The notes beneath the pieces are model-generated. The model had not been told where the DNA came from, did no database searches, and was given only the letters and a program-made list of their open reading frames with translations. The translations under genes and the position numbers were made by a program. Below are positions 19,603 to 30,593 of a stretch of DNA of 64,000 nucleotides, piece after piece. Positions within the stretch are counted from its first letter, which is position 1, and the number at the start of each line of letters is the position of its first letter. This DNA is from Longimicrobiales bacterium (GTDB lineage: Bacteria; Gemmatimonadota; Gemmatimonadetes; Longimicrobiales; Gaopeijiaceae): NCBI GenBank assembly GCA_965218295.1, contig CBDCKN010000005.1, forward strand, positions 32,001 through 96,000, written 5' to 3'.

Positions 19603-20977
19603 GTCCGACCTCCACGTTCTGTGTTCGCAGCCACGATTCGACCTCTTCCCTGATGACGCGCAAGCCCTCCTCCGTTCGAGCCTCGTACCGGGCGACGATG
19701 ACGGGCTGAGTGTTGGAGGCCCGGAGGAGCCCCCAGCCGTCGTCGAAGAGGATGCGTGCCCCGTCTATGTCTATTACCTCGCGTCTCTTCTTGAAGTGCT
19801 CCTGGGCCGCCCGCACGAGCCTGAACTTGGACTCCTCGGCCACCTCGATGCGGAGCTCGGGCGTCGAAGCATACACCGGGAAATCCGACACCATCTCCGA
19901 GAGGCTACCTTCCGAGCGTGCGATAAGGTCCACAAGACGGCAGGCGTCGTAGGGAGCATCGTCGAACCCAAGATAGTCGTCAGCGAGGCAGATGTGACCG
20001 GACAACTCCCCGGCGACGAGCGCTCCGGTCTCTCGCATCTTCTCCTTGATGAGCGAATGGCCGGTTTTCCACATGATGGGCTCGCCGCCGGCCTTGGCGA
20101 ACTCGTCGGGAAGGACCTGGGAGCACTTCACGTCAAAGATGAGCTTCTGGCCCGGTCCCCGCTTGCGAAGCACGTCGAGCCCCAGGAGGAGGAGGAGGAT
20201 GTCTCCGCGCACGATCCGGCCCTTTTCGTCCACGGCGCCGATGCGATCGGCGTCGCCGTCGAAGCCGATCCCCACGTCCGCCCCCTCCCGTCGAACGGTG
20301 TCGATGAGATCCACCAGGTATTCGTCCACAGTGGGATCCGGGTGGTGGTTCGGGAACGTGCCGTCGGAATCGCAGTAGAGCGGCACTACCTGGGCCCCGA
20401 TCTGTTGCAAGAGAGCGACGCCCACGAGCGATCCCGTGCCGTTCCCGCAGTCCAGAACCACCTTCACGGGACCGGGGAGGTCGAATCGCCCCGCCAGGTC
20501 GTCGATGTAGTGATCAAGGATGTCCACCCGCTCGGCGCTGCCTCTCCCCTCCTCCGCCCCGTCCTCTCCGTCCACGATACGGCGCTTAAGGTCCTGGATG
20601 GCCTCTCCGTACACGGAGGCGGCCTGCAGCGTCATCTTGATCCCGTTCCACTCCGGCGGATTATGTGATCCGGTGATCTGGATGGCGCCGTCGGTGGAGA
20701 GAGTCCTCTCGGCCCAGTAGAGCGTGGGCGTGGGCACCGTCCCCACGTCGACCACATCGGCTCCCGAGCCCGTGAGGCCACGGATCAAGCCGGCCACCAG
20801 ATCCGGGGACGAGGGCCGGTTGTCGCAGCCCACCGCGATTCGTGGAGGGCTCCCAAGACACTCACGGGCCATGGTCCCATACGCCCGGCCAACGCCCTCG
20901 GAGACCTCCGGCGTGAGCTCTGTGGCTGCGAGACCCCGGATATCGTACTGCCGGAAGATGTGATCGGAGGTAAACAC
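19589..20977 (-). CDS. Phosphomannomutase/phosphoglucomutase
   Basis: IFRQYDIRG, ITGSHNP, FDGDADR, GELSGH, LLRASNTQP; start trimmed to GTG 20977. Confidence 0.94.
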   Translation of the reverse strand: MFTSDHIFRQYDIRGLAATELTPEVSEGVGRAYGTMARECLGSPPRIAVGCDNRPSSPDLVAGLIRGLTGSGADVVDVGTVPTPTLYWAERTLSTDGAIQITGSHNPPEWNGIKMTLQAASVYGEAIQDLKRRIVDGEDGAEEGRGSAERVDILDHYIDDLAGRFDLPGPVKVVLDCGNGTGSLVGVALLQQIGAQVVPLYCDSDGTFPNHHPDPTVDEYLVDLIDTVRREGADVGIGFDGDADRIGAVDEKGRIVRGDILLLLLGLDVLRKRGPGQKLIFDVKCSQVLPDEFAKAGGEPIMWKTGHSLIKEKMRETGALVAGELSGHICLADDYLGFDDAPYDACRLVDLIARSEGSLSEMVSDFPVYASTPELRIEVAEESKFRLVRAAQEHFKKRREVIDIDGARILFDDGWGLLRASNTQPVIVARYEARTEEGLRVIREEVESWLRTQNVEVGHEAR

Positions 20978-20984
20978 GTAGCTT

Positions 20985-22493
20985 CTATGGCGCCAGGCCG
21001 ACGAGCCCCTGCCCGACGGCTGAGAGCCCCTGCACACTCGACCGGGCGAACTCGACGGTACCCCCCGGGAAGACACCCAGGTAGAGCACCAGGACCACGC
21101 CGACGACCAGAGCCAGCCGCATCGCCAGGGGCACCGAGATCCCCTCGTGGGTGTCTTCGGCAGGGGCCTCCCGCATCCACATGAACCACGCCACCCGCAG
21201 GTAGTACCAGTACGAGACGAGCGTTGTCAGTACCAGGGTGACGGACAGGTAGACCAGATCGGCCTCCATGGCCCCTTGGAGCAGGAAGATCTTCGCCATG
21301 AACCCTCCCGTACCCGGGAAGCCCGCGAGGGACAGCAGGAAGACGGAGAGGAAGACCCCGAGCACCGGCTGCTGCCAACCGAAGCCTGCGTAGTCCTCGA
21401 TCTGCTGGCGCTCCTCGCTTTGGCGGGACACCAGGACCACCACTCCGAACGCACCGATGTTCATGAGGGTGTAGACCAGCAGGTAGAAGAGGAGGCCCGC
21501 CGCGGCCGTCTCGTTCGCCGCCACGATCGCCACCATGAGGTAGCCGGCGTGGGCGATTCCCGAGTATGCCAGCATGCGCTTCACGCTCACCTGCACGAGG
21601 GCAATGAGGTTCGCGACGATCATGGTAATGACCGCCAGCCACCAAAGGATGGCCCACCAGCTCTCGTAGGCACCCTCGAACGCGACTGAGAACACCCTCA
21701 GGAAGGCCACGAACGCCCCCGCCTTCACGGCAACGGCCATAAATGCGGTGACAGGTGTGGGAGCCCCCTCGTAGACGTCCGGAGTCCACATGTGAAACGG
21801 GACCGCCGAAACCTTGAACGCGAAGCCCACGGCAAGGAGGGCGATTCCGAAGCCAAGGAGGGCTCCATGGGCACTGCCGCTCGCGACCACATCCGCGATA
21901 CGGCCGATATGCGTGCTGCCCGCCGCCCCGTACACGAGGGCGATCCCATAGAGGAAGAACCCCGTAGAGAAGGCGCCCAGCATGAAGTACTTCAGGCCCG
22001 CTTCCGCCGACTTGCGATCGCGGCGGTTCATGGCCGTGAGGGCGTAGACGGCGATGGACATGATCTCCAGGCCTAGGAAAATCACGATGAGGTCCCGGGC
22101 CGCCGCCATGACCATCAGACCTACCGTCGAGTAAATGAGGAGCCCGTAGAACTCTCCGGCCTGCAGCTCTTGCCGCTTGACGTAGGCCAGGGAGATGAGG
22201 ATGGCGAGCCCCACGGCAGCGAGGAAGATCCAGTTGGCGAAGAGCGCAAACCGGTCCACGGCGATCATGGAGCCGGTGCCCACCTCCGACACTCCATAGA
22301 GCCAACCGTTCACCGAGGCCGCCACCAGCACTCCGATGAGAGACATCCAGCCCAGATCGGTGGCCGCGTCGGGATTCGTACGCTGCCGCCGGCTCACGCC
22401 CAGTATGAGGATCACCATGCCCCACACGGAGAGAACGAACTCTGGGGCCAGGGCGATCAGAAAGTGGGCCTGATTGCTGAAGTCGAGCTGCAT
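20985..22493 (-). CDS. nuoN: NADH-quinone oxidoreductase subunit N
   Basis: EAGLKYF, FKVSAVPFHMWTPDVYEGAP, KRMLAYS; start trimmed to ATG 22493. Confidence 0.95.
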   Translation of the reverse strand: MQLDFSNQAHFLIALAPEFVLSVWGMVILILGVSRRQRTNPDAATDLGWMSLIGVLVAASVNGWLYGVSEVGTGSMIAVDRFALFANWIFLAAVGLAILISLAYVKRQELQAGEFYGLLIYSTVGLMVMAAARDLIVIFLGLEIMSIAVYALTAMNRRDRKSAEAGLKYFMLGAFSTGFFLYGIALVYGAAGSTHIGRIADVVASGSAHGALLGFGIALLAVGFAFKVSAVPFHMWTPDVYEGAPTPVTAFMAVAVKAGAFVAFLRVFSVAFEGAYESWWAILWWLAVITMIVANLIALVQVSVKRMLAYSGIAHAGYLMVAIVAANETAAAGLLFYLLVYTLMNIGAFGVVVLVSRQSEERQQIEDYAGFGWQQPVLGVFLSVFLLSLAGFPGTGGFMAKIFLLQGAMEADLVYLSVTLVLTTLVSYWYYLRVAWFMWMREAPAEDTHEGISVPLAMRLALVVGVVLVLYLGVFPGGTVEFARSSVQGLSAVGQGLVGLAP

Positions 22494-22497
22494 ATGT

Positions 22498-24117
22498 CTA
22501 GTCCACTGCCGTGTCGGCGGTCTCGGTCTCGCGGGCCTCCGCGCGCATACCCACGAATTCGATGGCGGGTAGCGTGAGGTCGCCACCGCCCACTGCCGAG
22601 GCTCCCTCTGGTGCGGCGGCCTCGACGCGCTCCAGCACCGCCTGCACGCTGGGCTCCATACGCCGCAGGAAGGGGGTGGGATACACACCGATCCAGATCA
22701 TGAGAGCGATCATGGGGGCCAGAATGGTGATCTCCCGCCGGGACAGATCCTCGACCTTCCTGTTCTCCTCCTGGTCGAGCGCGTTGAAGAAGATGCGCTG
22801 GACCATAGGCAGCATGTAGTACGCTGCGAAGATCACTCCCATAGCCGCTAGGACTCCCATCACGGGATGGTTCTCGAACGTACCCAGGAGCGCCAGGAAC
22901 TCGCCGGGGAAGCCGCTCGTGCCCGGGAGGCCGATGGAGGCAAGCGCCGTAATGACGAAGGCCGTGGCGAACCAGGGCGCCACGCGGCCCAGACCGCCGA
23001 AGTCCTCGATCGCCCGGGTGTGCCGGCGCTCATAGAGCATGCCGAGCAAGAGGAACAGGGCGCCCGTGGAGATCCCGTGGGAGATCATGACGAGCATCCC
23101 ACCCTGGAGGCCGTTGATGCTGAGGGCGAAGATCCCGATGACCACAAAGCCCATGTGGGCCACGGAGGTGTACGCCACGAGCTTCTTGGCGTCGGGCTGC
23201 ACCGCCGCTACCCAGGCCGCGTAGATGATTCCCACCACGCCCAGGGTCAGCATCGTCATGATCACAGTGGGGTGTTGGGAGGCCACCGGGAAGAAGGGCA
23301 GCAGGAACCGCACGAACCCGTAGGTTCCCATCTTCAGGAGGACCGCGGCCAGCACGACCGAGCCCGGCATGGGAGCCTCGACGTGCGCATCGGGAAGCCA
23401 GGTGTGGAACGGGAAGAGCGGCACCTTGATGGCGAAGGCCAGGGCGAATGCCGAGAAGAGCCAGAGCTGCTCCGCGGGAGACAGCGGAACCTGCAGCAGG
23501 TCCAGGAACGCGAACGAGGCCACGCCCATAAGCGTCTTCGCCCGGAAATACAGATACAGGATCGCCACCAGCATGAGAAGCGATCCGAAGGCGGTGAACA
23601 GGAAGAACTTCACCGCCGCATAGACCCTGCGCTCGCCCCCCCAGATGCCCACGATGAAGTACATGGGGACCAGGGTGAGCTCGAAGAAGACGTAGAAGAG
23701 GAAGAGATCCACCGCGGCGAAGACACCCACGACCCCGACCTCCAGGAGGAGCATCAGGGCGTAAAAGGCCTTCTCCTTCTTCTTGATGTAGTTGAAGGAC
23801 CCCAGGATGGCGAGCGGCGTCGTAAATGTCGTCAGCAGCACCATGAACAAGCTGATGCCGTCGAGTCCCAGGGCGTAGCTCACACCCCACTGGCCGATCC
23901 ACGGCCGGCTGCTCGTGAGCTGATATCCGCCGGCGCCTATCGTCGGATCGTACGCCCACCAGAGTCCCAGGCTCAGGACGAAGACCGCTACGCTCCACCA
24001 AAGGGCCAGGTGCTTAGCCCGCTTCTCAGGGGCCCACAGCACGTGGACCATCCCCACCAGGGGCAGCCAGATGAGCGCGTGAAGCGCCCAGCTATCGTAG
24101 GAGAGCGCGTCTAACAT
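22498..24117 (-). CDS. nuoM: NADH-quinone oxidoreductase subunit M
   Basis: LGLDGISL, PFHTWLPDAHVEAP, LLKMGTYG, KKLVAYTSVAHMG. Confidence 0.95.
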   Translation of the reverse strand: MLDALSYDSWALHALIWLPLVGMVHVLWAPEKRAKHLALWWSVAVFVLSLGLWWAYDPTIGAGGYQLTSSRPWIGQWGVSYALGLDGISLFMVLLTTFTTPLAILGSFNYIKKKEKAFYALMLLLEVGVVGVFAAVDLFLFYVFFELTLVPMYFIVGIWGGERRVYAAVKFFLFTAFGSLLMLVAILYLYFRAKTLMGVASFAFLDLLQVPLSPAEQLWLFSAFALAFAIKVPLFPFHTWLPDAHVEAPMPGSVVLAAVLLKMGTYGFVRFLLPFFPVASQHPTVIMTMLTLGVVGIIYAAWVAAVQPDAKKLVAYTSVAHMGFVVIGIFALSINGLQGGMLVMISHGISTGALFLLLGMLYERRHTRAIEDFGGLGRVAPWFATAFVITALASIGLPGTSGFPGEFLALLGTFENHPVMGVLAAMGVIFAAYYMLPMVQRIFFNALDQEENRKVEDLSRREITILAPMIALMIWIGVYPTPFLRRMEPSVQAVLERVEAAAPEGASAVGGGDLTLPAIEFVGMRAEARETETADTAVD

Positions 24118-24133
24118 GCCACCGTCCTATCCA

Positions 24134-26290
24134 TTAGAAGGCTACCATTCCGAGGATCACTAAAACCCCAACTGTGAAGACGAATGCGTACGTGTTCACT
24201 TGGCCGGTCTGGAAGAGGCTACCGACCCAACCCAGAGCTCGCGCCCCGTTCCCGACCAGATTGACGAATCCGTCGATGATGCGCGCGTCGATGACGCGCC
24301 ACGAGAACCTGGACAGGGCCTGGATCGGGCGGACCGCGATGCGATCGTACAGCTCGTCCACATACCACTTGTTGTAGAGAATGCCGGCGAAGCCCGTGGG
24401 CGCCGCGTCTTCCGTAGCGACCGTGACGTCCTTGGGGATCAGCAGCCGGATCGTGGCTATGACGACGATGAAGGCGGCCACGGTGGAGATGAGCCCCCAG
24501 GCCACCTCGCCTCCCCCGAAGGGCGCCGAGTGGGCGATCCCGCCCAGATGAGTCTCCTGGACGCGGTGGGCGGCCTCCGTCACGGGCTCGAGCCAGTGGT
24601 GCAGCGATTCGGACATGGGAAGGATGCCGAAACCGCCCAGGAACGACCCCTGAAGGTCCTCGGATACGTTGACCCAGCCGCCGACCACCGACAATGCCGC
24701 CAGGATGGCCAGCGGGATCCACATGGTCTTGGGGGCCTCATTCAGATGCCGGGCCTCTTCCGTCCCGGTCCTGTTGGTGCCGTGGAAGGTCATGACCATG
24801 AGGCGCGTCATGTAGAACGCGGTGAGCATGGCCGTCGCCAACGCCATCACCCAGCAGACCGTATATAGGCCGGCATAGGGAGCGTTCTCCGCCCCGGCCA
24901 TGGCGCCGGTCATCCAGATGATCTCGTCCTTGCTGAAGAACCCGGCGAAGGGCCAGATCCCGGCGATGGCCAGGGTGGCGAGCCACATGGTGACCCACGT
25001 GATGGGCATGTATCGCCTGAGCCCACCCATGTTGCGCATGTCCTGGGCGTCCCAGTCCTTGTGGGTGTGGTGCAGGGCGTGGTGTATGGAGTGGATCACC
25101 GCGCCGGAGCCCAAGAAGAGGAGCGCCTTGAAGAAGGCGTGGGTCATGAGGTGGAACACGCCGGCCGTGTAGGCCCCTACCCCGACTCCCAGGAACATGT
25201 AGCCGAGCTGGGACACGGTGGAGTACGCCAGCACCCGCTTGATGTCGTATTGCTTGAGCGCGATCGTCGCTGCGAAGAGGGCGGTAAGCACGCCTATTCC
25301 GGCCACCGCCGCGCTGCTGAGGGGCGCCAGAGCGAAAAGGAGCGACGATCGCGCGACCAGGTAGACGCCCGCCGTCACCATGGTGGCGGCGTGGATCAGG
25401 GCGGAGACGGGCGTCGGGCCCCACATGGCGTCGGGCAGCCAGATGTAGAGCGGGATCTGCGCGCTCTTCCCGGTGGCCGCCACGAGGAAGAAGAGAGTCA
25501 CCACGGTGACGAGCGGTCCGCCGTACTCGAAGACGTCCTCGGCCCCTCCGAAAACGTCCACGAAGTCCATCGATCCGAAGGCCACGAACAACAGGAAGAT
25601 GGCCAATAGGAATCCCAGGTCCCCGATCCGGTTGACGATGAACGCCTTCTTCCCCGCCGACGCCTTCTCTTCGTCGCTGAACCAGTAGCCGATGAGCAGG
25701 TAGGAACAGAGCCCGACGCCCTCCCAGCCCACGAACATGACCGCATAGCTCGATCCCATGACCAGGATCAGCATGAAAAAGACGAAGAGATTCAGATAGG
25801 CGAAGTACCGGGGGTAGCCCGGGTCGTCCTGCATGTACCCGACGCTGAACACGTGGATCAGGAAGCCGACACCGGTGATGACCAGCATCATGACCATGGC
25901 GAGCTGGTCGAGCTGGATGGCAGCGGCGACCTCGAAGCTGCCCGTGACGATCCAAGTCCAGTAGCTGCGGACGACGGGCTCGTGGATCTCGGCTCCCAGC
26001 ATCCCCACGAAGTTTACCACCGTGAGGAGGAAGGCCAGGCCCATCACGCCGGGGCCGATCCAGGTGGGCCAGCTGTGGGTCCTGGGACGGCCACCCCCAA
26101 GGAAGTCGTGCTCGCCCCCGGCTCGTACGGCGTCGGCGGAGATCCGCGCCGCAGACAGCGCCAGGGCTCCGTTGATCAGAAAGCCCACGAGCGGCAGCAG
26201 GATGATGAGCCCAGGCAGGACGGGCTCCCAGGCTCCGTGGGCCTCCGCGCCCTCCACCGCCTGAATCAGGTAGAGTCCGAGATTCGTCAA
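24134..26290 (-). CDS. nuoL: NADH-quinone oxidoreductase subunit L
   Basis: GKSAQIPL..WLPDAM, SALIHAATMVTAG, HAFFKALLFL. Confidence 0.95.
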   Translation of the reverse strand: MTNLGLYLIQAVEGAEAHGAWEPVLPGLIILLPLVGFLINGALALSAARISADAVRAGGEHDFLGGGRPRTHSWPTWIGPGVMGLAFLLTVVNFVGMLGAEIHEPVVRSYWTWIVTGSFEVAAAIQLDQLAMVMMLVITGVGFLIHVFSVGYMQDDPGYPRYFAYLNLFVFFMLILVMGSSYAVMFVGWEGVGLCSYLLIGYWFSDEEKASAGKKAFIVNRIGDLGFLLAIFLLFVAFGSMDFVDVFGGAEDVFEYGGPLVTVVTLFFLVAATGKSAQIPLYIWLPDAMWGPTPVSALIHAATMVTAGVYLVARSSLLFALAPLSSAAVAGIGVLTALFAATIALKQYDIKRVLAYSTVSQLGYMFLGVGVGAYTAGVFHLMTHAFFKALLFLGSGAVIHSIHHALHHTHKDWDAQDMRNMGGLRRYMPITWVTMWLATLAIAGIWPFAGFFSKDEIIWMTGAMAGAENAPYAGLYTVCWVMALATAMLTAFYMTRLMVMTFHGTNRTGTEEARHLNEAPKTMWIPLAILAALSVVGGWVNVSEDLQGSFLGGFGILPMSESLHHWLEPVTEAAHRVQETHLGGIAHSAPFGGGEVAWGLISTVAAFIVVIATIRLLIPKDVTVATEDAAPTGFAGILYNKWYVDELYDRIAVRPIQALSRFSWRVIDARIIDGFVNLVGNGARALGWVGSLFQTGQVNTYAFVFTVGVLVILGMVAF

Positions 26291-26294
26291 GACG

Positions 26295-26603
26295 CTACCA
26301 TTTGAGCAGGTTGAAGTTGTCCACGTTCGCCGTCTCGTAGTGCCGGAAGATCGAGATGATGATGGCCAGCCCGACGGCCGCCTCGGCCGCCGCCACCGTC
26401 ATCACGAAGAAGACGAAGAGCTGGCCCTCGATTCCCACGTATCGGGAGAGGGCCACGAAGGTCAGGTTCACGGCGTTGAGCTGAAGCTCGATGCACAGGA
26501 ACATGATTATGACGTTGCGGCGCACGATGACGCCCATGGTCCCGATGACGAAGATCAGGGCCGAGAGGACCAGGGACTCGGCGAGCATGTCGGTCCCCAT
26601 CAC
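26295..26603 (-). CDS. nuoK: NADH-quinone oxidoreductase subunit K
   Basis: [21 protein letters not shown]. Confidence 0.95.
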   Translation of the reverse strand: MMGTDMLAESLVLSALIFVIGTMGVIVRRNVIIMFLCIELQLNAVNLTFVALSRYVGIEGQLFVFFVMTVAAAEAAVGLAIIISIFRHYETANVDNFNLLKW

Positions 26604-27121
26604 ACCCCCTTCTTGGCCAGGACGATGGCGCCTACGATGGCCACGAGGAGCAGGATTCCCGTGAGCTCGAAGGGGACCACGTAGTCCGTGAAGAGAGGCC
26701 GGGCGATGGCGCCCACCGCCCCGTACTCCAACAGAGCCGCGTCGATGGCGTCTGCCGCCCCGAGGCCGCTCTCCAGCCCGCCGGATCCGCTGCCGAGCTG
26801 CCTCGCCAGCAAGCCGCCCAGGCCTCCCGCCACGGCGAAGCCGAAGATCATGGCGATGCCGCCCCGGATATCACGCTGATAGTCGTGGCCCAGGTTCAGG
26901 AGCATGATGACGAAGAGGAAGAGGACCATGATGGCCCCGGCGTAGACCATGATCTGGATGGCTGCCAGAAAGTGGGCCTCCAGGAGCACGAAGATGCCGG
27001 CGATGCTTGCGAGGCTGGCCACCATGAACATCAGGCTCGCTATGGGGCTTCGCCCCATCACCACGCCGAAAGCGCCCCCGACCGCTACGCCGGCGAATAT
27101 GTAGAAGAGCAGATTAGCCAC
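26600..27121 (-). CDS. nuoJ: NADH-quinone oxidoreductase subunit J
   Basis: [27 protein letters not shown]. Confidence 0.95.
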   Translation of the reverse strand: MANLLFYIFAGVAVGGAFGVVMGRSPIASLMFMVASLASIAGIFVLLEAHFLAAIQIMVYAGAIMVLFLFVIMLLNLGHDYQRDIRGGIAMIFGFAVAGGLGGLLARQLGSGSGGLESGLGAADAIDAALLEYGAVGAIARPLFTDYVVPFELTGILLLVAIVGAIVLAKKGV

Positions 27122-27159
27122 GTCTATCGTCTTCGCACGGCGCCGACGTCATGACTCCA

Positions 27160-27660
27160 TCACTCACTCTTCGGATCCTCGGGATCCCACAACAAGGTTA
27201 CCGGGTGGTCCACCTCCATGAGGCGGTCCAGGTCGTAGACGAAGCGGTCCCGCGAGTACTCGGCGTTCTCGAAGTCACGGCCCATGTGGATGGCCTCCAC
27301 GGGACATACCTCCTGGCACATTCCGCAGAAGATGCAGCGGAACTCGTCGATCTCGAAGACGATGGGATACCGGTTCCCCTGGTCGTCCTCGCCACCCACG
27401 AGGCGGATGCAGTTCGCGGGACAAACCGTGGGACAGAGCCCGCACGCCACGCACTTTGGCCGCCCGTCGGCGTGGACCTCCATGCGGTGTGTGCCCCTCC
27501 ACCTCGGGCTCAGCTCGGTCTGCACCTCGGGGTACTGCTGTGTCACCTTGTCCGGGTTCACCATGTGACGGAGCGTCACGGACATTCCCTTGAGGGCGGC
27601 CCTCAGATACGACGTGCGTCCCGGATCGGGCCTGCGGATGACCTTTACGGTTACAGCCAT
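27160..27660 (-). CDS. nuoI: NADH-quinone oxidoreductase subunit I
   Basis: CVACGLCPTVCP and CIFCGMCQEVCP. Confidence 0.96.
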   Translation of the reverse strand: MAVTVKVIRRPDPGRTSYLRAALKGMSVTLRHMVNPDKVTQQYPEVQTELSPRWRGTHRMEVHADGRPKCVACGLCPTVCPANCIRLVGGEDDQGNRYPIVFEIDEFRCIFCGMCQEVCPVEAIHMGRDFENAEYSRDRFVYDLDRLMEVDHPVTLLWDPEDPKSE

Positions 27661-27705
27661 GTCGTTTCTCCAAAACGAGTTACGGTGGATGGTCTACCGT
27701 ACATT

Positions 27706-28977
27706 CTAATCTCCTGACGCCGGCGGCTCTTCGAGGACCCTCACCCTGCCGGCTGCAGCACCCCCGATGATCCGACCGCGATCGAGGTGGAAGACGAAGG
27801 CCACCGTGCACACGGTGCTCACCGCCGTCAGAGCGAGGCCGTAGGTGAATCCGTACGTCACGCCCACCTGATCGAGGATCAACATGGTCCCGGCCATGAC
27901 CATCACGTAGGCCAGGGCCGTGGGGAGGAGGACCTTCCAACCCAGCTGCATGACCTGGTCGTAACGGAAACGCGGCAACGTCCAGCGGACCCAGATGTAC
28001 AGCAGGAGAAAGAACGCCGTCTTGGCCGCAAAAGCCGCGAAGGTGAGGAGCGTTTTCCATACGGCCGGTACCGCTGCGATGGGTGCGCCGTCCACGCCGA
28101 ACCCGCCGACCAGAGAGCCTCCGTACCAAAAGGCGTCGTCCCAGGTCCCCGGGAGGTCCCACCCCCCGAAGAAGAGGGTGGCCATGAGGGCTGAGGCCGT
28201 CAACATGTGGGAGTACTCGGCAATGAAGAACATGGAGAACTTCATGGCTGAGTACTCGGTGTGGAATCCCGTGATGAGCTCGGACTCGGCCTCCGGCATG
28301 TCGAACGGGAGCCGGTTCGTCTCGGCGAAGGCCGCGATCACGAAGAGGATGAACCCGAGTGAGAGAGGCAGGACGTACCAGAGGTCCAGCTGCTGCTGCT
28401 GCCAGACGATCTCGGTGAGCGTGACGTTCCCCGCGAGCATCAGGACCACGATGAGGCTCAGCCCCAGGGGCACTTCATAACTCACCATCTGGGCCGAGGC
28501 CCGCAGCGCGCCCAGGAAGGCGTACTTGTTGTTCGAGGCCCAGCCCGAGATGACGATCCCGTACACTCCCAGCGAGCTCAACGCCAGGATATAGAGAATG
28601 CCGATGGGGACGTCGGCGATGATCATGTCCACCACTCCCCAGGGAGTGGGCAGAGGCGCCGCGAAAGGTACGACGGCGAACGTCATCAGCGCCGGGACCA
28701 TGGCAAGCATGGGCCCGAGCATGAAGTAGAGCTTGGACGCGGAGGCGGGAAGCGTCTCTTCCTTCACTAGGTTCTTGAGGCCGTCGGCGATGGGCTGGAG
28801 AAGCCCGAAGGGACCCACGCGGTTGGGACCCATGCGGTCCTGGATGAACGCCGACACGCGTCGCTCGGCCAGCGTCGTGTACGCCACGGTGAGCATCACC
28901 ACGCCGAACATGACGGCGATCTTGAGAGAGGAGGCCACCAGGAGCGGGATGCCGGCGATGGGCTGGAGCACGTCCAT
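27706..28977 (-). CDS. nuoH: NADH-quinone oxidoreductase subunit H
   Basis: QDRMGPNRVG, AETNRLPFDMPEAESEL, RWTLPRFRYDQ. Confidence 0.96.
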   Translation of the reverse strand: MDVLQPIAGIPLLVASSLKIAVMFGVVMLTVAYTTLAERRVSAFIQDRMGPNRVGPFGLLQPIADGLKNLVKEETLPASASKLYFMLGPMLAMVPALMTFAVVPFAAPLPTPWGVVDMIIADVPIGILYILALSSLGVYGIVISGWASNNKYAFLGALRASAQMVSYEVPLGLSLIVVLMLAGNVTLTEIVWQQQQLDLWYVLPLSLGFILFVIAAFAETNRLPFDMPEAESELITGFHTEYSAMKFSMFFIAEYSHMLTASALMATLFFGGWDLPGTWDDAFWYGGSLVGGFGVDGAPIAAVPAVWKTLLTFAAFAAKTAFFLLLYIWVRWTLPRFRYDQVMQLGWKVLLPTALAYVMVMAGTMLILDQVGVTYGFTYGLALTAVSTVCTVAFVFHLDRGRIIGGAAAGRVRVLEEPPASGD

Positions 28978-28978
28978 G

Positions 28979-30589
28979 TCAGTCCCCCGCCAACGACACG
29001 GTTGCGTTGGTCTGGGCCCCCTGGACGCTCACGTCCTCGTAGTCGATCCCTTCGTAGGCCGGCACCTGCGCCGACAGGAGCTGGAAGGCTTGATCCGCCC
29101 TGCGTGGCCCATCGTGGCCCTCGAGGGCCCCTACGAGTGCCCCCAGAACAAGCCAGGCTGGCCTCGCCGTCCCCGGGCCGTCCAGCGCGGGCCAGAATCG
29201 TTGAACCCGGCCGGCATGATTCGTGAAGGTCCCTTCCTGCTCAGCGAACGTAGTCGTGGGGAGGGCGAAGTCTGCCGCGGCCAGAGGATGCGACGTATAC
29301 GCTCCCAGGTAGACGACGGCCTCCGCCTCGGCGCCGAATCCCTGCGGAGCGTCTTCGAGGGCGTCTCCCAGCACCAGGATCACTCCGCCGTGGCCCGGGA
29401 TGTCGTTCAGGCCTCCCTGCCCAGAGTCGTCGCCGACGCGGGTGAAGCCGAGGAGCTCGGCCCCCCGAACGTTGGGAGCCAGATCCTTGCGACGGGCGAG
29501 CCCCTGGTAGCCGGCCAAGGCCACCTCCTCATCGCTCCGGGGCGACCGGTAGACGACCTCTCCGCCGCCCAAGGAGTCCACCAGGCGTGCTACCGCCCCC
29601 AGGTCCTCGTTGGACCAGAACGGCGACACGACGGCCTTCACGCCCCCGTTTCCGCCTTCCAGGCGGTCCTTCAGGGCTGCCAGGGCCTCCTTCCACCCCA
29701 TGGCCGTGCTCTGCCCCGAGCTCCGGACCACCGGCACCTCGAGACGATCGCCGCGATTGAGCCACTCATAGCGACCACGACCATAGTCGCAGATCCAGTG
29801 GCCGTTCACGTCTGGGTTGTGCCGTGGCGTCATTCGATGGACGAGGTTGTCCCGGGTGTGGAGCTCGATGTTGCACCCCTGGCTGCAGTTGGGGCAAACG
29901 GACGGCGTGTGCTCGAGATCCCAGGCCCGGGCCTTGTGCAGGAAGTCCTTGGAGACCAGCGCTCCCACCGGGCAGATGTCCACAACGTTGCCCGCCCAAT
30001 CCGCCTCTTCCAAACCGGACTCGAAAAAGGTGTCGATGACCGAGCGGCTGCCCCGCTCGACCACGGCCAGTAGCGGGTTCTGCTCCATCTCGTTCATGAA
30101 TCGGACGCAGCGCGTGCACATGACGCAGCGGTCACCGTAGAAGAGGACGTCACCACCGAAGTCGTCGCGCCCGAACACGCGCTTGGGCTCGCGACCGCGC
30201 CCGTGCTCCCTACCCTCTGCGAAGACGTAGTCCTGGAGCTCACATTCTCCGGACTGGTCACAGATGGGGCAGTCCAGGGGATGGTTCACCAGGTAGAACT
30301 CCAGCACCCCGGTCCGCATCCGCAACGCCCGTTCGCTCGTGGTGTGCACAACCTGATCCTGGGCGACCTGTGTGGCACAGGAGGGGAGCTGCTTGGGAGC
30401 GCCCTCTACCTCCACCAGGCAGAGGCGGCACATGGCCGGTGACGAGAGCCCCGGATGATAGCAGTAGTGGGGAATCTCGGTCCCCTTGCCCTGTGCGGCC
30501 TGCAGGATGGTGGTCCCCTTGGGGACGGTCACCTCCTGTCCGTCGATGATCAGCGTGACGTTCTCGATGTTCCGTCCGTTCTCGGCCAT
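28979..30589 (-). CDS. nuoG: NADH-quinone oxidoreductase subunit G (short form, 536 aa)
   Basis: HYCYHPGL...CRLC, HPLDCPICDQSGEC, CVMCTRC, CPNCSQGC; operon position. Confidence 0.92.
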   Translation of the reverse strand: MAENGRNIENVTLIIDGQEVTVPKGTTILQAAQGKGTEIPHYCYHPGLSSPAMCRLCLVEVEGAPKQLPSCATQVAQDQVVHTTSERALRMRTGVLEFYLVNHPLDCPICDQSGECELQDYVFAEGREHGRGREPKRVFGRDDFGGDVLFYGDRCVMCTRCVRFMNEMEQNPLLAVVERGSRSVIDTFFESGLEEADWAGNVVDICPVGALVSKDFLHKARAWDLEHTPSVCPNCSQGCNIELHTRDNLVHRMTPRHNPDVNGHWICDYGRGRYEWLNRGDRLEVPVVRSSGQSTAMGWKEALAALKDRLEGGNGGVKAVVSPFWSNEDLGAVARLVDSLGGGEVVYRSPRSDEEVALAGYQGLARRKDLAPNVRGAELLGFTRVGDDSGQGGLNDIPGHGGVILVLGDALEDAPQGFGAEAEAVVYLGAYTSHPLAAADFALPTTTFAEQEGTFTNHAGRVQRFWPALDGPGTARPAWLVLGALVGALEGHDGPRRADQAFQLLSAQVPAYEGIDYEDVSVQGAQTNATVSLAGD

Positions 30590-30593
30590 GACC

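Noticed and set aside
27681..27701. Hairpin TACGGTGGA-TGG-TCTACCGTA between nuoH and nuoI as a terminator
   Set aside because: Mid-operon with no U-tract on the coding strand; function cannot be supported.
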